A stretch of 64,000 nucleotides of DNA, from contig NC_045697.1 of NCBI RefSeq assembly GCF_009834535.1, forward strand, positions 120,096,001 to 120,160,000. The letters run 5' to 3'. Of the stretch, positions 40,286 through 52,998 are shown piece after piece. Source of the stretch: Camelus ferus. Lineage: Eukaryota. The translations under genes and the position numbers were made by a program. Positions within the stretch are counted from its first letter, which is position 1. The number at the start of each line of letters is the position of its first letter. Under the pieces are notes generated by a model. The model worked only from the letters and a program-made list of their open reading frames with translations, ran no database searches and was not told the origin of the DNA.

Positions 40286-43200
40286 CACTCAGGATAGCAG
40301 AACACATCTTTGTGTGTGTGATGGTGTAGAAAAATACACTCCAGGCGTATTTCTGGGGGTACAGCTGTTCCCAGGTTTGGAGATGTCGCCTAATTACCTC
40401 CACTGCCAATGTGGAGGCAATCTATACTTCTTCGCTTTGCAGAACATTTCCCAAATTTCCCTTGCAGCCCGGCCTATTAAAACACCTAGGGATGACAATA
40501 TTAGTGATTCTATGAGAAACCCATCGCTGCTGCCTGTTGGAGGTACAACACAAACTCAAAATTCTGGAACATGGCTTTGCTTGGTGGAGGTGTGGAGAGC
40601 AACACCACAAGATTCCTGGGGGCACATTTCTCTCTCTCTGGGAGAAGTCTTCTAATTACCTCTACAGTCAATCTCTGGGCACTCGTTGCTACTTGGCTTT
40701 CCAGCCGAACCCCAAGCTTTCCCTCGCAGCCCGCCCTGGAAAACACTCAGAGATATTAAGTTAATGGTTCTATTGCAACTCAAGCACTGCAGACCGTTGT
40801 AGGAACCTCCGCACACGCAAGATAACAGAAAAATTTTTTTGTGTCTCATTGAGATGGTAAAAGCTCCACGCATGTTTCAGGGTGTACTGGTGTTCCTAGG
40901 TTGTGGGAGGTCAGATACATCCCACTACAGCCCATGGGGAAGTACTCGCACCTGCTTGGCTTTCCAGCCCATCCCTCAATTTCCTTTGCAACCCAGCCTG
41001 AGTAAACAATCAGGAAATGTAGCTAAAGTTTCTACCAGTGCCCCGGAGCTGCAGTCTGTTGTAGGAACTTCAACACACACAGGATTCCCAAACACGGCTT
41101 TGCTTGGAAGGGTTTTGAAGCCCCAATCCACAAACATGGCTGGGGGCACAAGTTATTCCTTGTTAGGAAGAAGTCCGCTAATTAGCTCTACAGTCCTTCT
41201 GGGGCACCCGCTGCTACTTGGAATTCCAGCCCAACCCCCATTTTTCCCGTGCAGCCCGGCCTGGTTAACACAGAGGGAAAGAAGCTATTGGTGCTATTTG
41301 AACCCATGCCCTGCTGACAATTGTGTAAACCTTCGAACACTCAGGATAACAGAACATATCTTTCTGTGTGTGACGGAGTAGGAAAACACACTCCAGGCAT
41401 GTTTCGGGGGCACAGATTTTACCAGGATGGGAGATGTCGCCTAATTACCTCCACTGCCAATGGGGAGGCACTCTATACTTCTTCGCTTTCCAGACTAATT
41501 CCCAGCTTTCCTTTGAAGCCCGGCCTAAGGAAACACCTAGGGATGACAATATTAGCGATTCTATCAGAACACCATCTCTGCTGACAGTTGGAGGTACAAC
41601 ACACACTCAAAATTCTGGAACATGGCTTTGCTTGGTGGAGGTATGGAGACTAACACCACAATATGCCTGGGGGCACAGTATCTCTCTGTCTGGTAGAAGT
41701 CCGCTCATTACCTCTACAATCAATCTCTGGGCAATCCTGGCTAATTGGCTTTCCAGCCGAACCCCCAGTTTCCCTCGTAGCCCGCCCTGGAACACACTAA
41801 TAGATTATAAGCTAGTGGTTCTATTGGAACCCAGGCACTGCAGACCGTTTTAGGAAGCTCCTCACACGCATGATAACAGAACACTTATTTTGTGTCTGAT
41901 AGAGATGTTAAAAATTCCATGCATGTTTCAGCGCGTAAAGGATTTCCTATGTTGGTGGATGTCATATTATTCCCTTTAACGTCCATTTGGAGGTAATCGC
42001 TCCTGCTTGGATTTCCATACCATCCCCCAGTTTCCCTTGCAACCCAGTCAGAAGAATCAGTCAGGAAATATAGCTAAATTTCTATTAGAAGCCAGGCGCT
42101 GCTGACAGTTGTAGAAACTTCCCCATACACAGGGAAACAGAACACTTCTTTGTGTGTGAGATGAAGTAGAACTAAACAGTACATGCATGTATCAGGGGTG
42201 CAGGTGTAACCAGTTTGGGAGACGTTGGCTAAGTATCTCCACAGCCCATGGGGATGCACTCAGTTTTCTTCGATTTCCAGCCCTACTCCAAGCTTTCCCT
42301 TGCAGCCCGTGTTAGGAAAACACTCAGGGATGACAAACTAAATCATTCTATCAGAACCAGTGCGCTGCTGTATGTGTGGAGGAACCTCCAAACACTCAGT
42401 ATTCTGGAACACGGATTTGCTTGGTGCGAATTGTGAAGCCCCCACAGCACACTCAATCCTGGGGCCCAAGATTTTCCCTTTTAGGGCCAAGTCCGCTAAT
42501 TACCTCCATAGTCCATCTCTGGGTACTCACTGCTACTTGGATTCCCAGCCCAACCCACATGTTTCCCTTGCAGCCCGGCCTGGGGTAACACAGAGTGAAA
42601 AGAAGCTATTGGTGCTATTCGAACCCATGCCCTGCTGACAAATGTGGAAACCTTCGAACACTCAGGATAACAGAACATATCTTTCTGTGTGTGATGGTGT
42701 AGGAAAACACACTCCAGGCATTTTTATGGGGATCCAGGTTTTCCCAGGTTGGGAGATGTCGTCTTGATTCCTTCAGTGTCCATGGGGTGGCACTGTCTTC
42801 TTCTTCCTTTTCAAGCCCAACTCCCAGCTTTCCCTTGCAGCCCGGACAAGTGAAACACCCATGGAAATCAAATAAGTGATTCTATCAGAACCCCGGCCTT
42901 GCTGTCTGTTGGAGGATCCTCCAAAGCTTCAGTATTCTGGAACACGTCTTTTAGTGTGGGGAGTTGTGGAACCCCAATCCACGCAGATGGATGGGGTCAC
43001 AGATATGTCCCTGTTAGGGAGAAGTCCGCTAATTACCTCCACAGTGAATCTTGGGGCACTCGCTTCTTCTTAGATTTTCACTCTATCCCCCACTTTTCAC
43101 TCGCAGCCCTGCCTTGTAAAACACTCAGTGATAATAAGCTATGTTTCTATTGGAACCCTGGTGCTGCAGACAATTGTAGGTACCTCCCCACAATCAGAAA

Positions 43201-46200
43201 AACAGAACACTAATTTGAGTGTCTCATTTAGATGGGTAAACTAAATTCACGCATGTTTCAGTTTGTATAGGAGTTCCTAGGTTGTGGGAGGTCGGATATT
43301 TACATCCACTGTCCATGGGGAGTCCCTTGCAGTTGCTTTGATTCCAGCCAAACCCCCAGAATTCCCTCGCATCCCGGCCTGTGAAAACACTCAGCGAAAA
43401 AAGCTACAGTTTCTATAAGAACTAAGGCGCTCCTGACAGTTGTAGAAACATCCCTACACTAAGGAAATCAGAACAAAGCTTTGTGTGTGTGATGGATTAG
43501 GAAAACACAGTAAGGCATGTCTCTGGGGTTCAGGTGTTCGCAGGTTGTGAAATGTTGGCTAATTACCTCCACTGCCCATGGGGAAGAACTTTCTTCTTCT
43601 TCGATATCCAGCCCAAATCCTAGCATTCAATTGAAGACCGACCAAGGAAGACACCCAGGGATGACAAACTAAAGAATTCTATCAGAACCAGTGTGCTGCT
43701 GTATGTTGGAGGAACCTCCAAACACTCAGGATTCCGGAACACGGATTTGCTTGGTACGAATTTTGAAGCCCCAGAGCACACTAATTGCTGGGGCCCAAGA
43801 TTTTCCCTTTTAGGGCTAAGACCGCTAATTACCTCCATAGTCCATCTCGGGGAATTAGCTGCTACTTGGATTTAAAGCCCAAACCCAAACTTTCCCAGGC
43901 AGACCGGACTGGGAAGCACACAGGGAAAATATGTTATTTGTTTTAACTGAACCCAATCTCTACCTAACGTTGTAGGAATCTTCCCACAACTAGGATAAAG
44001 AAGAAACATTTGTGTGTCTGATGGAGATGGGTAAACAAACTCCAAGGATCTATCAGGGTGCTTAGTGTTTCCAAGGCTGTGGGACGTCGGAAATTTACCT
44101 CAAATTCTCATGCGGAGTAACTCGCTGCTGCTACGAATTACAGCCAAGCAAACAGCTTTACCTGGCAGCCAGGCCTGTGAAAAAACTCATGGAAAACAAA
44201 ATACTGGTGCTACTAGAACCCAGGTGCTCCTGAAAGTTGTAGAATACTCCGCACAATCAGGATAGCAGAGCAAATATTTTTGTGTGTGTTGGTGTAGGAA
44301 AATACACTCCAGGTATGTTTCTGGTTTTACAGCTCTTCCCAGGTTTGGAGATGAGGCCTAATTACCTCCAATTCCAATGGGGAGGCACTCTATACTTCTT
44401 CGCTTTCCAGACCAACTCCCTGCTTTCCTTTGAAGCCCGGCATAAGGAAACACCTAGGGATGACAATATTATTGATTCTATGAGAACCCCCACTCTGCTG
44501 CCTGTTGGAAGTACAACAAACACTCAAAATTCCGGAACATGGCTTTGCTTGGTGGAGGTATGGAGACCAACACCACAAGATGCCTGGGGGCACAGTTACT
44601 CTCTGTTTGGGAGAATTCCGCTATTTACCTCTACAGTCAATTTCTGGGCAATCCTGGCTACTTGGCTTTCCAGCCGAACCCACAGTTTCCCTCGCAGCCC
44701 GCCCAGAAAAACACTCAGAATTTATAAGCTAGTGGTTCTATTGGAACCAAGGACCTGCAGAACTTGTAGGAAGCTCCGCACACGCAGGATAACAGAACAC
44801 ATTTTGTGTGTCTGATTGAGATTCTAAAATTTCCACGCATGTTTCAAGGGGTACAGGTTTTCCTAGATTGGGGGTGTTCAGATTATTCAGAGTTAATGCC
44901 CATGGGGAGTTAATCGCTCCTGCTTGGATTTCCATCATATGCCCCAGTTTCCCTTGCAACCCAGTCAGAGAAAACAGTCAGGAAATTTAGCTAAAATTTC
45001 TATTGGAACCAAGGCGATGCTGACAGTTGTAGAAACTTCTCCATACACAGTTTAACAGAACACTTCTTTGTGTGTGTGATTGAGTAGGAAAACAGAGTCC
45101 ATGCATGTCTCTGGGGTGCAGGTGTAACCAGGCTGTGAGACGTTGGCTAAGTATCTCCACAGCCCACGGGGTGGCACTCAGTTTTTCTTCGTTTACAGCC
45201 CTACTCCCAGCTTTCCATTGCAGCCCGGGTTGGAAAACATCCAGGGATGACAAACTAAATGATTCTATCAGAAATCAGGCGCTACTGTCTGTTGGAGGAA
45301 CCTCCACACACACAGGATTAACAAACACATCTTTGCTTGGGAGAATTGTGTAGCCCCACTCCACACACAAGGCTGAGGGCACAAGATTTTCCCTGTTAGG
45401 TAGAAGTCCGCTAATTACCTCTACAGACAATAATGGGGCACTCGCTTCTACTTGGATTTCCATCCCAAACCCCAGGATTCCCTTGCAGCCCTGCCTTTGG
45501 AAACACACAGGGAAAAGAATCTACTGGTGCTATTAGAACACATACGAGGCTGACATTTGTGGAAAACTTCGAACACTCATGATAACAGAGCACATCTTTC
45601 TGTGTGTGAAGGAGTAGTAAAATACACTCCAGTCATGTTTCTGGGGATCCAGTTTTTCCCAGGTTGGGAGAAGTCGGCTAGATTCCTTCAATGCCCATGT
45701 TGATGCATTGACTTCTTCTTCGTTTTCAAGCCCAACTCCCAACTTTCCCTTGCATCCCGGTCTAGGATTATACCCAGGGATGACAGTCTAAGTGATTTTT
45801 TCAGAGCTACGATGCTGCTGTTTTTTTTAGGATCTTCCAGAATCTTAGGATTCTGGATCAATTCTATGCTTGGGGGTAGCTTTGGAGACCCACACCACAG
45901 AGATGGCTTCGGTCACAGGTTTTTCCCTGTTAAGGAGATGTCCGCTAATTACCTCCACAGTCCATCAATGGTCACTCGCTGCAACATGGCTTTCCAGCGC
46001 AAGAGCAGCATTCCATCGCAGGCCGGTTTGGGAAAACAATCAGGGATAATAATCCAGTGGTTCTATTGGAACCCAGGTGCTGCAGAACATTGTAGGATAC
46101 TCCTCACACCCAGGAAAAGAGAACACTTCTTTGTGTGTCTCATGAAGTTTCGTAAAAAATCTCCACGCGTGTTTCAGGGGTTAAGGTGTTGCTAGTTAGT

Positions 46201-46641
46201 GGGAGTTCAGAAAATTCCCACCAATGCCCATGGGGAGGCACTCGCTCCTGCTTGGCTTTCCAGCCCAACCCACAGGTTTCCCTCTCAGCACGGCCTGGGA
46301 ATACACTCAGGGATAATATGCTATTGGTTGTATTGGAACCCAGTAGCTACCTAATTTTGTAGGCTCCTTCCCACATCTGGGATAACAGAAGAAAACTTTG
46401 TGTGTCTGATGGAGATGGGTAAACAATCTCCACGCATATTTCAGCTGGCACAGGTGTTCCAAGGCTGTGGGACGTCGGAAAATTACCTCAAATTCTCATG
46501 GGGAGTATCTCACTGCTGCTACAAAATACAGCCAAACCCACAGCTTTACCTCGCAGCTAGGCTTGTGTAAACACTCACGGAAAAGAAAATACTGGTGCTA
46601 TTAGAACCCAGGCGCTGCTGATATTTGTAGAATCCTCCCCA
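40286..46641 (+). repeat. HOR copy 8, 24-mer (6356 bp)
   Basis: Anchors at 40286 and 46642 (variant AACTCAGGATAGCAGAACAC); the ORF at 40314 matches the ORF at 29. Confidence 0.92.
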
Positions 46642-49600
46642 AACTCAGGATAGCAGAACACATCTTTATGTGTGTGATGGTGTAGAAAAATACACTCCAG
46701 GCATATTTCTGGGGGTACAGCTGTTCCCAGGTTTGGAGATGTCGTCTAATTAACTCCACTGCCAATGTGGAGGCAATCTATATTTCTTCGCTTTGCAGAA
46801 CATTTCCCAAATTTCCCTTGCAGCCCGGCCTATTAAAACACCTAGGGATGACAATATTACTGATTCTATGAGAAAATCATCGCTGCTGCCTGTTGGAAAT
46901 ACAACACAAACTCAAAATTCTGGAACATGTCTTTGCTTGGTGGAGGTGTGGAGACCAACACCACAAGATTCCTGGGGGCACATTTCTCTCTCTCTGGGAG
47001 AAGTCTTCTAATTACCTCTGCAGTTAATCTCTGGGCACTCGTTGCTACTTGGCTTTCCAGCCGAACCCCAAGCTTTCCCTCGCAGCCCGCCCTGGAAAAC
47101 ACTCAGAGATATTAAGTTAATGGTTCTATTGCAACTCAAGCACTGCAGACCGTTGTAGGAACCTCCGCACACGCAAGATAACAGAAAAATTTTTTTGTGT
47201 CTCAATGAGATGGTAAAAGCTCCACGCATGTTTCAGGGTGTACTGGTGTTCCTAGGTTGTGGGAGGTCAGATACATCCCACTACAGCCCATGGGGAAGTA
47301 CTCGCACCTGCTTGGCTTTCCAGCCCATCCCTCAATTTCCTTTGCAACCCAGCCTGAGTAAACAATCAGGAAATGTAGCTAAAGTTTCTACCAGTGCCCC
47401 GGAGCTGCAGTCTGTTGTAGGAACTTCAACACACACAGGATTCCCAAACACGGCTTTGCTTGGAAGGGTTTCGAAGCCCCAATCCACAAACATGGCTGGG
47501 GGCACAAGTTATCCCTTGTTAGGAAGAAGTCCGCTAATTAGCTCTACAGTCCTTCTGGGGCACCCGCTGCTACTTGGAATTCCAGCCCAACCCCCATTTT
47601 TCCCGTGCAGCCCGGCCTGGGTTAACACAGAGGGAAAAGAAGCTATTGGTGCTATTTGAACCCATGCCCTGCTGACAATTGTGTAAACCTTCGAACACTC
47701 AGGATAACAGAACATATCTTTCTGTGTGTGACGGAGTAGGAAAACACACTCCAGGCATGTTTCGGGGGCACAGATTTTACCAGGATGGGAGATGTCGCCT
47801 AATTACCTCCACTGCCAATGGGGAGGCACTCTATACTTCTTCGCTTTCCAGACTAATTCCCAGCTTTCCTTTGAAGCCCGGCCTAAGGAAACACCTAGGG
47901 ATGACAATATTAGCGATTCTATCAGAACCCCAGCTCTGCTGACAGCTGGAGGTACAACACACACTCAAAATTCTGGAACATGGCTTTGCTTGGTGGAGGT
48001 ATGGAGACCAACACCACAATATGCCTGGGGGCACAGTTTCTCTCTGTCTGGTAGAAGTCCGCTCATTACCTCTACAATCAATATCTGGGCAATCCTGGCT
48101 AATTGGCTTTCCAGCCGAACCCCCAGTTTCCCTCGTAGCCCGCCCTGGAACACACTAAGAGATTATAAGCTAGTGGTTCTATTGGAACCCAGGCACTGCA
48201 GACCGTTTTAGGAAGCTCCTCACACGCAGGATAACAGAACACTTATTTTGTGTCTGATAGAGATGTTAAAAATTCCACGCATGTTTCAGCGGGTACAGGA
48301 TTTCCTATGTTGGTGGATGTCAGATTATTCCCATTAACGTCCATGGGGAGGTAATCGCTCCTGCTTGGATTTCCATACCATCCCCCAGTTTCCCTTGCAA
48401 CCCAGTCAGAAGAATCAGTCAGGAAATATAGCTAAATTTCTATTAGAAGCCAGGCGCTGCTGACAGTTGTAGAAACCTCCCCATACACAGGGAAACAGAA
48501 CACTTCTTTGTGTGTGAGATGGAGTAGAATTAAACAGTACATGCATGTATCAAGGGTGCAGGTGTAACCAGTTTGGGAGACGTTGGCTAAGTATCTCCAC
48601 AGCCCATGGGGATGCACTCTGTTTTCTTCGATTTCCAGCCCTACTCCAAGCTTTCCCTTGCAGCCCGTGTTAGGAAAACACTCAGGGATGACAAACTAAA
48701 TCATTCTATCAGAACCAGTGCGCTGCTGTATGTGTGGAGGAACCTCCAAACACTCAGTATTCTGGAACACGGATTTGCTTGGTGCGAATTGTGAAGCCCC
48801 ACAGCACACTCAATCCTGGGGCCCAAGATTTTCCCTTTTAGGGCCAAGTCCGCTAATTACCTCCATAGTCCATCTCTGGGTACTCACTGCTACTTGGATT
48901 CCCAGCCCAACCCACATGTTTCCCTTGCAGCCCGGCCTGGGGTAACACAGAGTGAAAAGAAGCTATTGGTGCTATTCGAACCCATGCCCTGCTGACAAAT
49001 GTGGAAACCTTCGAACACTCAGGATAACAGAACATATCTTTCTTTGTGTAATGGAGTAGGAAAACACACTCCAGGCATTTTTATGGGGATCCAGGTTTTC
49101 CCAGGTTGGGAGATGTCGTCTTGATTCCTTCAGTGTCCATGGGGTGGCACTGTCTTCTTCTTCCTTTTCAAGCCCAACTCCCAGCTTTCCCTTGCAGCCC
49201 GGACAAGTGAAACACCCATGGAAGACAAATAAGTGATTCTATCAGAACCCCAGCGTTGCTGTCTGTTGGAGGATCCTCCAAAGCTTTAGGATTCTGGAAC
49301 ACGTCTTTTAGTGTGGGAAGTTGTGAAACCCCAATCCACGCAGATGGATGGGGTCACAGATATGTCCCTGTTAGGGAGAAGTCCGCTAATTACCTCCACA
49401 GTGAATCTTGGGGCACTCGCTTCTTCTTAGATTTTCACTCTATCCCCCCTTTTCACTCGCAGCCCTGCCTTGTAGAACACTCAGTGATAATAAGCTATGT
49501 TTCTATTGGAACCCTGGTGCTGCAGACAATTGTAGGTACCTCCCCACAATCAGAATAACAGAACACTAATTTGAGTGTCTCATTTAGATGGGTAAACTAA

Positions 49601-52600
49601 ATTCACGCATGTTTCCGTTTGTATAGGGGTTCCTAGGTTGTGGGAGGTCGGATATTTACATCCACTGTCCATGGGGAGTCCCTTGCAGTTGCTTGGATTC
49701 CAGCCCAACCCCCAGCATTCCCTCGCATCCCGGCCTGTGAAAACACTCAGGGAAAAAAGCTACAATTTCTATAAGAACTAAGGCGCTCCTGACAGTTGTA
49801 GAAACATCCCTACACTAAGGAAAACAGAACAAAGCTTTGTGTGTGTGATGGATTAGGAAAACACAGTAAGGCATGTCTCTGGGGTTCAGGTGTTCGCAGG
49901 TTGTGAAATGTTGGCTAATTATCTCCACTGACCATGGGGAAGAACTCTCTTCTTCTTCGATATCCAGCCCTAATCCTAGCATTCCCTTGAAGCCCGACCA
50001 TGGAAAACACCCAGGGATGACAAACTAAATAATTCTATCAGAACCAGGGTGCTGCTGTATGTTCGAGGAACCTGCAAACACTCAGGATTCCGGAACACGG
50101 ATTTGCTTGGTACGAATTTTGAAGCCCCAGAGCACACTAATTGCTGGGGCCCAAGATTTTCTCTTTTAGGGCTAAGTCCGCTAATTACCTCCATAGTCCA
50201 TCTCGGGGCATTCGCTGCTACTTGGATTTAAAGCCCAAACCCAAACTTTCCCAGGCAGACCGGCCTGGGAATCACAAAGGAAATATATGTTATTGGTTGT
50301 AACGGAACCCAGTCTCTACCTACCTTTGTAGGAATCTTCCCACAACTAGGATAAAAGAAGAAACATTTGTGTGTCTGATGGAGATGGGTAAACAAACTCC
50401 AAGGATGTATCAGGGTGCTTAGTGTTTCCAAGGCTGTGGGACGTCGGAAAATTACCTCAAATTCTCATGCGGAGTAACTCGCTGCTGCTACGAAATACAG
50501 CCAAGCCCACAGCTTTACCTGGCAGCCAGGCCTGTGAAAAAACTCATGGAAAACAAAATACTGGTGCTACTAGATCCCAGGCGCTCCTGAAAGTTGTAGA
50601 ATACTCCACACAATCAGGATAGCAGAACAAATATTTTTGTGTGTGTTGGTGTAGGAAAATACACTCCAGGCAATTTTCTGGTGTTACAGCTCTTCCCAGG
50701 TTTGGAGATGAGGCCTAATTACCTCCACTTCCAATGGGGAGGCAGTCTATACTTCTTCACTTTCCAGACCAACTCCCTGCTTTCCTTTGAAGCCCGGCAT
50801 AAGGAAACACCTAGGGATGACAATATTTTTGATTCTATGAGAACACCAGCTCTGCTCACTTTTGGAGGTACAACACACACTCAAAAATCCGGAACATGGC
50901 TTTGCTTGGTGGAGGTATGGAGACCAACACCACAAGATCCCTGGGGGCACGGTTACTCTCTGTTTGGGAGAATTCCGCTATTTACCTCTACAGTCAATTT
51001 CTGGGCAATCCTGGCTACTTGGCTTTCCAGCCGAACCCACAGTTTCCCTCGCAGCCCGCCCTGGAAAACACTCAGAAATTATAAGCTAGTGGTTCTATTG
51101 GAACCCAGGACCTGCAGAACTTTGTAGGAAGCTCCGCACACGCAGGATAACAGAACACATTTTGTGTGTCTGATTGAGATTCTAAAATCTCCACGCATGT
51201 TTCAAAGGGTACAGGTTTTCCTAGATTGGGGGTGTTCAGATTATTCAGAGTTAATGCCCATGGGGTGTTAATCGCACCTGCTTGGATTTCCATCATATCC
51301 CCCAGTTTCCCTAGCAACCCAGTCAAGGAAACAGTCAGGAAATTTAGCTAAATTTTCTATTGGAACCCAGGCGATGCTGACAGTTGTAGAATCTTCTCCA
51401 TACACAGTTTAACAGAACACTTCTTTGTGTGTGTGATTGAGTAGGAAAACAGAGTCCATGCATGTCTCTGGGGTGCAGGTGTAACCAGGCTGTGAGACGT
51501 TGGCTAAGTATCTCCACAGCCCATGGGGAGGCACTCAGTTTTTCTTCGTTTACAGCCCTACTCCTAGCTTTCCATTGCAGCCCGGGTTGGAAAACACCCA
51601 GGGATGGCAAACTAAATGATTCTATCAGAAATCAGGCGCTACTGTCTGTTGGAGGAACCTCCACACACACAGGATTAACAAACACGTCTTTGCTTGGGAG
51701 AATTGTGAAGCCCCACTGCACACACATGGCTGAGGGCACAAGTTTTTCCCTGTTAGGTAGAAGTCCGCTAATTACCTATACAGACAATCATGGGGCACTC
51801 ACTTCTACTTGGATTTCCATCCCAACCCCCAGGATTCCCTTGCAGCCCGGCCTTTGGAAACACACAGGGAAAACAATCTACTGGTGCTATTAGAACACAT
51901 GCGAGGCTGACATTTGTGGAAAACTTCGAACACTCATGATAACAGAGCACATCTTTCTGTGTGTGAAGGAGTAGTAAAACACACTCCAGGCATTTTTCTG
52001 GGGATCCAGTTTTTCCCAGGTTGGGATATGTCGGCTAGATTACTTCACTGCCCATGTTGATGCATTGACTTCTTCTTCGTTTTCAAGCCCAACTCCCAAC
52101 TTTCCCTTGCATACCGGTCTAGGAATATACCCAGGGATGACAGTCTAAGTGATTTTTTCAGAGCTACGATGCTGCTGTTTTTTTTAGGAAATTCCAGAAA
52201 CTTAGGATTCTGGATCACTTCTATGCTTGGGGGTACCTTTGGAGACCCACACCACAGAGATGGCTTGAGGCACCCGTTTTTCCCTGTTAGGGATATGTCC
52301 GCTAAATACCTCCACAGTCCATCAAGGCTCACTCGCTGCAACATGGCTTTCCACCGCAAGCGCAGCATTCCCTCGAAGGCCGGCCTGGGAAAACAATCAG
52401 GGATAATAATCCAGTGGTACTATTGGAACCCAGGTGCTGCAGAACATTGTAGGATACTCCCCACACCCAGGAAAAGAGAACACTTCTTTGTGTGTCTCAT
52501 GAATTTTCGTAAAAAATCTCCAAGCATGTTTCAGGGGTTAAGGTGTTGCTAGTTAGTGGGAGTTCAGAAAATTCCCACCAATGCCCATGGGGAGGCACTC

Positions 52601-52998
52601 GATCCTGCTTGGCTTTCCAGCCCAACCCACAGCTTTCCCTCTCAGCACGGCCTGGGAAAACACTCAGGGATAATATGCTATTGGTTGTATTGGAACCCAG
52701 TAGCTACCTACCGTTGTAGGCACCTTCCCACATCTGGGATAACAGAAGAAATCTTTGTGTGTCTGATGGAGATGGGTAAACAAACTACTCGCGTATTTCA
52801 GGGGGCACAGGTGTTCTAAGGCTGTGGGACGTTGGAAATTTACCTCAAATTCTCATGGGGAGTATCTCACTGCTGCTACAAAATACAGCCAAACCCACAG
52901 CTTTACCTAGCAGCTAGGCTTGTGTAAACACTCACGGAAAAGAAAATACTGGTGCTATTAGAACACAGGCGCTGCTGATATTTGTAGAATCCTCCCCA
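46642..52998 (+). repeat. HOR copy 9, 24-mer (6357 bp)
   Basis: Anchors at 46642 and 52999; monomer 1-4 block present. Confidence 0.92.
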
